This document shows, one piece after another, positions 24,765-28,358 of a DNA stretch of 28,358 nt (its first letter is position 1; every line of letters starts with the position of its first letter). The notes below the pieces were generated by a model that saw nothing but the letters and a program-made list of their open reading frames with translations, searched no databases and was not told the DNA's origin. Source of the DNA: a virus (lineage: Duplodnaviria > Caudoviricetes). The stretch spans positions 1 through 28,358 of IMG/VR virus record IMGVR_UViG_3300024235_000003. One strand, 5' to 3'. The position numbers were made by a program, and so were the translations under genes.

Positions 24765-26017
24765 GTTGATCCAGTTCGTATCTTATCATTCATAGATTCT
24801 TTTAACATCTGATATTTAGAGTTTTGAGTCTCACTAAACAACTCTGTAACAGTGATTGACACTTGATATGCGTCCGGGATGACGGTCAAGATCTTTTTCT
24901 TATCTAATAACCAGTTAGTTTCACTTGGTGATCCAACTCTAGATGATGATGAGTCTAAAAACATTATGGGAATCTCCATCTCTCTACGCGCTCCTAAAAA
25001 ATCTACTCGCATGTCTGTTATACTGGAGTACTTACTGTACCACACACCAGGTATATATGACTCGTATATACATGGCGGATCGATAAGATCCCTATTCACA
25101 CGATTGGGTGTGTTTTGATATGCTAATAGAAAAAGATACTGCCAGTTTTTAATTATCTCAACATAGCTTTTTGTGTTTAACAGTGGGAATGTCACAGTGT
25201 ATGACTTTTCCCGTCCGGTGAAACTGAATGCTTTGGGTTTTTCTATCAATCTACCAGGTGATAACAATCGATTGGTGTTTAATCCTTGTATGAGCTCATT
25301 TCCTCCTTCTGCTAGTTTGGCCATTGCCGTTGTCCATGCTCCTTGACCAGTCATCGCGGATTCTCCGAACGTACCGGTGGTGGAAGAGTATGTATCTTCC
25401 ATATATGGTAGTGAGTATTTAAATCCAGTGGGCATAACTGTGTATAGTAGTTGATACGGGTTCATAGGATCAGCAAAAGTTGATTCCTGTTGAGCTTGGG
25501 TGCTCTCTATAGTCGAGTTTAACAGTGTTGATATCTCTTTGGCTTTCTTATCAAAACTGAAACCATCACCAGATATTTCATCCATCACACCCTTCAACTT
25601 CTCAACTCCGTCAGCCCCACTACCTACAGCAGCTTGAACATTGTTAGCAATTTGATTCAACATGGGGTTAGATAATATTTGTAACTCCTTTAAGTTCAAG
25701 ACCGGTACTTCGCGGCGAGATGATATCGGGGATTCTGTCCAGTGATGTTCATCTCTAACGTTTATATGTGTGCTAGGTCCGTTTTGAGTGCTAGCGAATA
25801 TGTCTTCCGGAGAGCTTCCGGCGGATGTTATAGGGGATAGTCTAGGAGCAGGTCCATATCCGGATTGGCGCTTCAAATCACTAGCAGCTCCAGTATATCC
25901 ACCAAATACTGATCGTTTAGGTGGTAGCATTTTCCAATAAAACCGGACATTTGGTGGTATTACACCTTTCCAGTTCTCGTCTAGATTAAAATTGTTTGAT
26001 ATGTCGAATTTTATCAT
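24761..26017 (-). CDS. Baseplate tail-tube cap/initiator (gp48/gp54-like)
   Basis: EKPKAFSF..REKSYTVTFPL, PPCIYE..IPG..Y..ITDMRVDFLG and IPDAYQVSITVTEL fit a tube-like fold; located between tape measure and gp53. Confidence 0.55.
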   Translation of the reverse strand: MIKFDISNNFNLDENWKGVIPPNVRFYWKMLPPKRSVFGGYTGAASDLKRQSGYGPAPRLSPITSAGSSPEDIFASTQNGPSTHINVRDEHHWTESPISSRREVPVLNLKELQILSNPMLNQIANNVQAAVGSGADGVEKLKGVMDEISGDGFSFDKKAKEISTLLNSTIESTQAQQESTFADPMNPYQLLYTVMPTGFKYSLPYMEDTYSSTTGTFGESAMTGQGAWTTAMAKLAEGGNELIQGLNTNRLLSPGRLIEKPKAFSFTGREKSYTVTFPLLNTKSYVEIIKNWQYLFLLAYQNTPNRVNRDLIDPPCIYESYIPGVWYSKYSSITDMRVDFLGARREMEIPIMFLDSSSSRVGSPSETNWLLDKKKILTVIPDAYQVSITVTELFSETQNSKYQMLKESMNDKIRTGST

Positions 26018-26448
26018 TATGTTCTGGTCAGAATGTTGTTTATGTAATATGGTTTGTTATCTGAAGTGATTAAGGAGTAGACATCGACGATCTCATCACT
26101 ACCCATGGTGTATGTTCTTGTCACTACATGTTCTTGTGCATTCACATCACATAATATATCCCCTCGATTGATTTGATCGCTATGTATGTATCGGTCTTTC
26201 TTTTTTTCATACACCAGCTGCTTGCCTGTGCAGATAAACACTTCCATATCTTGTATTTGTAAACAAGTGAACTTTTTAGCACTAGATTTCCTGGTGCTAG
26301 CGACTAATGACCATGTGTTGTTCACCCGATTTTTTGACATTATCATCAAATCATCACATATATTGAATCCGGCGATATATTCACCTATAGTTATTTCTGA
26401 AGTTATACCACTTTTCATAACACTGACTATACATCCACTCTGTACCAT
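26017..26448 (-). CDS. Standalone Hint (intein/Hedgehog)-fold protein lacking catalytic residues
   Basis: Blocks align over the full length: A MVQSGCIV..SG..TIGEY, B FICTGKQLVY, YIHSDQINRGDIL, F/G VDVYSLITSDNKPYYINNILTRT*. Confidence 0.7.
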   Translation of the reverse strand: MVQSGCIVSVMKSGITSEITIGEYIAGFNICDDLMIMSKNRVNNTWSLVASTRKSSAKKFTCLQIQDMEVFICTGKQLVYEKKKDRYIHSDQINRGDILCDVNAQEHVVTRTYTMGSDEIVDVYSLITSDNKPYYINNILTRT

Positions 26449-26454
26449 ATATAT

Positions 26455-26462
26455 TATTTATC
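26455..26462 (-). promoter_or_regulatory. Late promoter-like motif (GATAAATA), 6 nt before the Hint-like ATG
   Basis: Minus strand reads GATAAATA-atatat-ATG right at the tape-measure stop. Confidence 0.6.
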
Positions 26463-28357
26463 TATAGTGACAGTCTTCCAATGGCTTTGTTGCGATGTGA
26501 GATTATATCAGAATCTCTTGTCACATTTGTTACGTTTGTACTGTTTCCCCCGTTGTTAACAACGGTATTACCCTGTTTGTCCACCAATCCATGTTCCTTT
26601 AGTGTGACAAGTGTTTTTTGTTGTGTGTCAGCTGTCTCAGACATTATCTCAACCATTTTGTCCAATTTCTTACCCATCGCATCATTTACTTTTGATTGAT
26701 TATCTATCGTTTGATTGTTCGTTGTGGACTCAATTGATTGCTTATACACCTTACGTGGATCTTCTAATCCATTCATTATGTTTATATCGAAACTCTTCCA
26801 TTGATCTACAGACGACGTCGTGTCTTGAGGTTTCAACACAGTAGGTGTATTGTCTTGGAGTTTCACCGGGGGAGGTGATTTGACCTTAGGTATTCGCTGT
26901 ATACTGTCTAATAGTAGCTTATTTTCCTCCAAGGTCCTCCACCGCCTAGGGGCTATAGGTGTTGCTGACACTTTATTAATCTCAACTGTGGTTTTTTCTT
27001 CTACCTGTACAGGCTGTGCTGTTGTCTTGTTGATGTCATCACGTGACATTGGAGCCACTCTATTGACTTGTGTTGTTGTCTTGTTGATGTTGTCACGCTC
27101 ATACTTGTCCACGAGCTCCATCAACTCTTTACCTTGCTTTTCATACTCACTGTCTTGTATAATCTTAACCTTCTCGTAGTGTGCCGCTAGTGCTTTGTAT
27201 ATTTTCTTGCTTGTGGCTGTATTAGAATCTGACAGTTTATCTAGAGCTAATCTGATGAGGTGCGAAGATTCTATTGACATGGGATCGTTTCCGAACTTTT
27301 TCTTTATCACCTCATTTATCCGAGCATCCACTAGAGCGGTACGACCTTTATCCCCATCTAGTTCCGCCCATTTTAATCTCGAGGCGATGTACTCAGCGTC
27401 CTTGTTACCAAATATCTCTCCAGACACATCAGATCTTACCTTGCTCATCTCTTCCCGGACTGCGGCCTTATTTCTACGAGATTTCGCCTGATCACTTGTC
27501 TCAAGCTTCATACTATCTGGTAATATCGTGTTGAATTTATCTCTCATGTAGTCTAACGCCACGTCCATATCCAACATCTTGTCGAGAAATGTGAACACCG
27601 GATCCATCTTCCCGGCTATCCATTTTGATGGGTCACTCACCCAATCCGGCAGGTGTCCTTTTATGTCCATGTTACTCCACATGTCATCTAACCACTTCCA
27701 TGCAGATGTAATCTTACCGGAGATATACTCACCAACATTAGTCACACCTGTGGACATCTTGTCCCAACCGGTTTTAATTGATAGTTCTAAATCTGGAAAC
27801 ATGTCACTAACCCAGGACCACACTCCAGATATCTTGTCCCACAACCAGTCACCAACATTATTCACACCAGTGGCTACTTGATCCCAATGAAGCTTTATTG
27901 TTGTTTTCGGATCTGACCACATAGCGGTAACCCAGGACCACACTCCAGATATCTTGTCCCACAACCAGTCACCAACATTAGTCACACCAGCAGAGACTGT
28001 ATTCCAACCAGTTTTAATTGCTAGTTTCATGCCATCAAACGTGTCCTTCATCCATCTCCACACACCATCCACACCGGTCCACAACCAGTCACCAACATTA
28101 GTCACACCAGCAGAGACTGCATTCCAACCGGATTTGATCGACGTTAACATGCCATCAAACGTGTCCTTCATCCACTTCCACACACCACCCACACCGGTCC
28201 ACAACCAGTCACCAACATTAGTCACACCGGTGGCAATTTGATTCCAACCGGATTTGATCGACGTTAACATGCCATCAAACGTGTCCTTCATCCACTTCCA
28301 CACACCACCCACACCGGTCCACAACCAGTCACCAATATTAGTCACACCGGTGGCAAT
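26462..28357 (-). CDS. Tape-measure-like / baseplate hub length-determinant protein (5'-truncated by window edge)
   Basis: Frame stays open past the track's GTG at 28345 to the window end. Trp-periodic amphipathic 40-aa repeats; C-terminal NTVVNNGGNSTNVTNV typical of T4-like hub/tape C-termini; upstream of gp48-like and gp53-like genes. Confidence 0.7.
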   Translation of the reverse strand: MATGVTNIGDWLWTGVGGVWKWMKDTFDGMLTSIKSGWNQIATGVTNVGDWLWTGVGGVWKWMKDTFDGMLTSIKSGWNAVSAGVTNVGDWLWTGVDGVWRWMKDTFDGMKLAIKTGWNTVSAGVTNVGDWLWDKISGVWSWVTAMWSDPKTTIKLHWDQVATGVNNVGDWLWDKISGVWSWVSDMFPDLELSIKTGWDKMSTGVTNVGEYISGKITSAWKWLDDMWSNMDIKGHLPDWVSDPSKWIAGKMDPVFTFLDKMLDMDVALDYMRDKFNTILPDSMKLETSDQAKSRRNKAAVREEMSKVRSDVSGEIFGNKDAEYIASRLKWAELDGDKGRTALVDARINEVIKKKFGNDPMSIESSHLIRLALDKLSDSNTATSKKIYKALAAHYEKVKIIQDSEYEKQGKELMELVDKYERDNINKTTTQVNRVAPMSRDDINKTTAQPVQVEEKTTVEINKVSATPIAPRRWRTLEENKLLLDSIQRIPKVKSPPPVKLQDNTPTVLKPQDTTSSVDQWKSFDINIMNGLEDPRKVYKQSIESTTNNQTIDNQSKVNDAMGKKLDKMVEIMSETADTQQKTLVTLKEHGLVDKQGNTVVNNGGNSTNVTNVTRDSDIISHRNKAIGRLSL

Positions 28358-28358
28358 T
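27690..28358 (-). repeat. 120-bp (40-aa) tandem repeat, at least 5.5 copies, coding
   Basis: acaaccagtcaccaa(c/t)atta recurs at 27841, 27961, 28081, 28201 and 28321, with a degenerate copy at 27721; unit GVTNVGDWLWTGVGGVWKWMKDTFDGMLTSIKSGWNQIAT. Confidence 0.97.

Noticed and set aside
26017-26448. Active intein, split-intein half, or Hint fused to the tape measure by read-through
   Set aside because: Both N- and C-terminal blocks are in one ORF and all catalytic residues are absent. The 13-nt gap after the tape-measure stop puts it out of frame and contains a promoter-like motif.
27690-28358. Regularly spaced repeats as a possible CRISPR array
   Set aside because: The whole 120-bp unit repeats, there are no unique spacers, and it is in-frame coding sequence.
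1-28358. Apparent abundance of CCGG and GATC sites, suggesting methylation-related selection
   Set aside because: Not quantifiable by eye and plausibly explained by Thr-Gly/Ser-Gly and Asp codons; needs a codon-aware k-mer test.
1-28358. Alternative genetic code or stop-codon recoding
   Set aside because: Genes tile the window almost completely under the standard code, and TAA, TAG and TGA all serve as stops.

Overview
This 28.4-kb window is a densely coding fragment of a large T4-like (contractile-tailed) bacteriophage genome, about 40% GC by eye, with most genes on the minus strand. It holds a late structural cluster, read right to left: Trp-repeat tape-measure-like protein (5'-truncated), a standalone Hint-like protein, gp48/54-like tube cap/initiator, gp53-like wedge, probable hub, an unknown protein, gp25, gp6, two giant (about 1900 aa) multidomain baseplate/adhesion proteins, gp20 portal and a 3'-truncated repetitive tail-fibre-like gene of at least 1071 aa that the ORF track misses. 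A small sigma70-type operon (49-aa orphan, dUTPase, gp44/RFC clamp loader) sits inside the cluster, flanked by two plus-strand late genes, one resembling terminase small subunit. Three observations stand out. (1) A Hint/intein-fold ORF spans exactly start to stop with every catalytic position substituted and has its own late promoter. (2) Every promoter-like motif lies only 5-9 nt before the ATG with no Shine-Dalgarno, suggesting leaderless or near-leaderless expression. (3) The giant proteins show nested domain insertions and cupredoxin-like domains lacking copper ligands. All calls come from motif recognition by eye; no searches were run.
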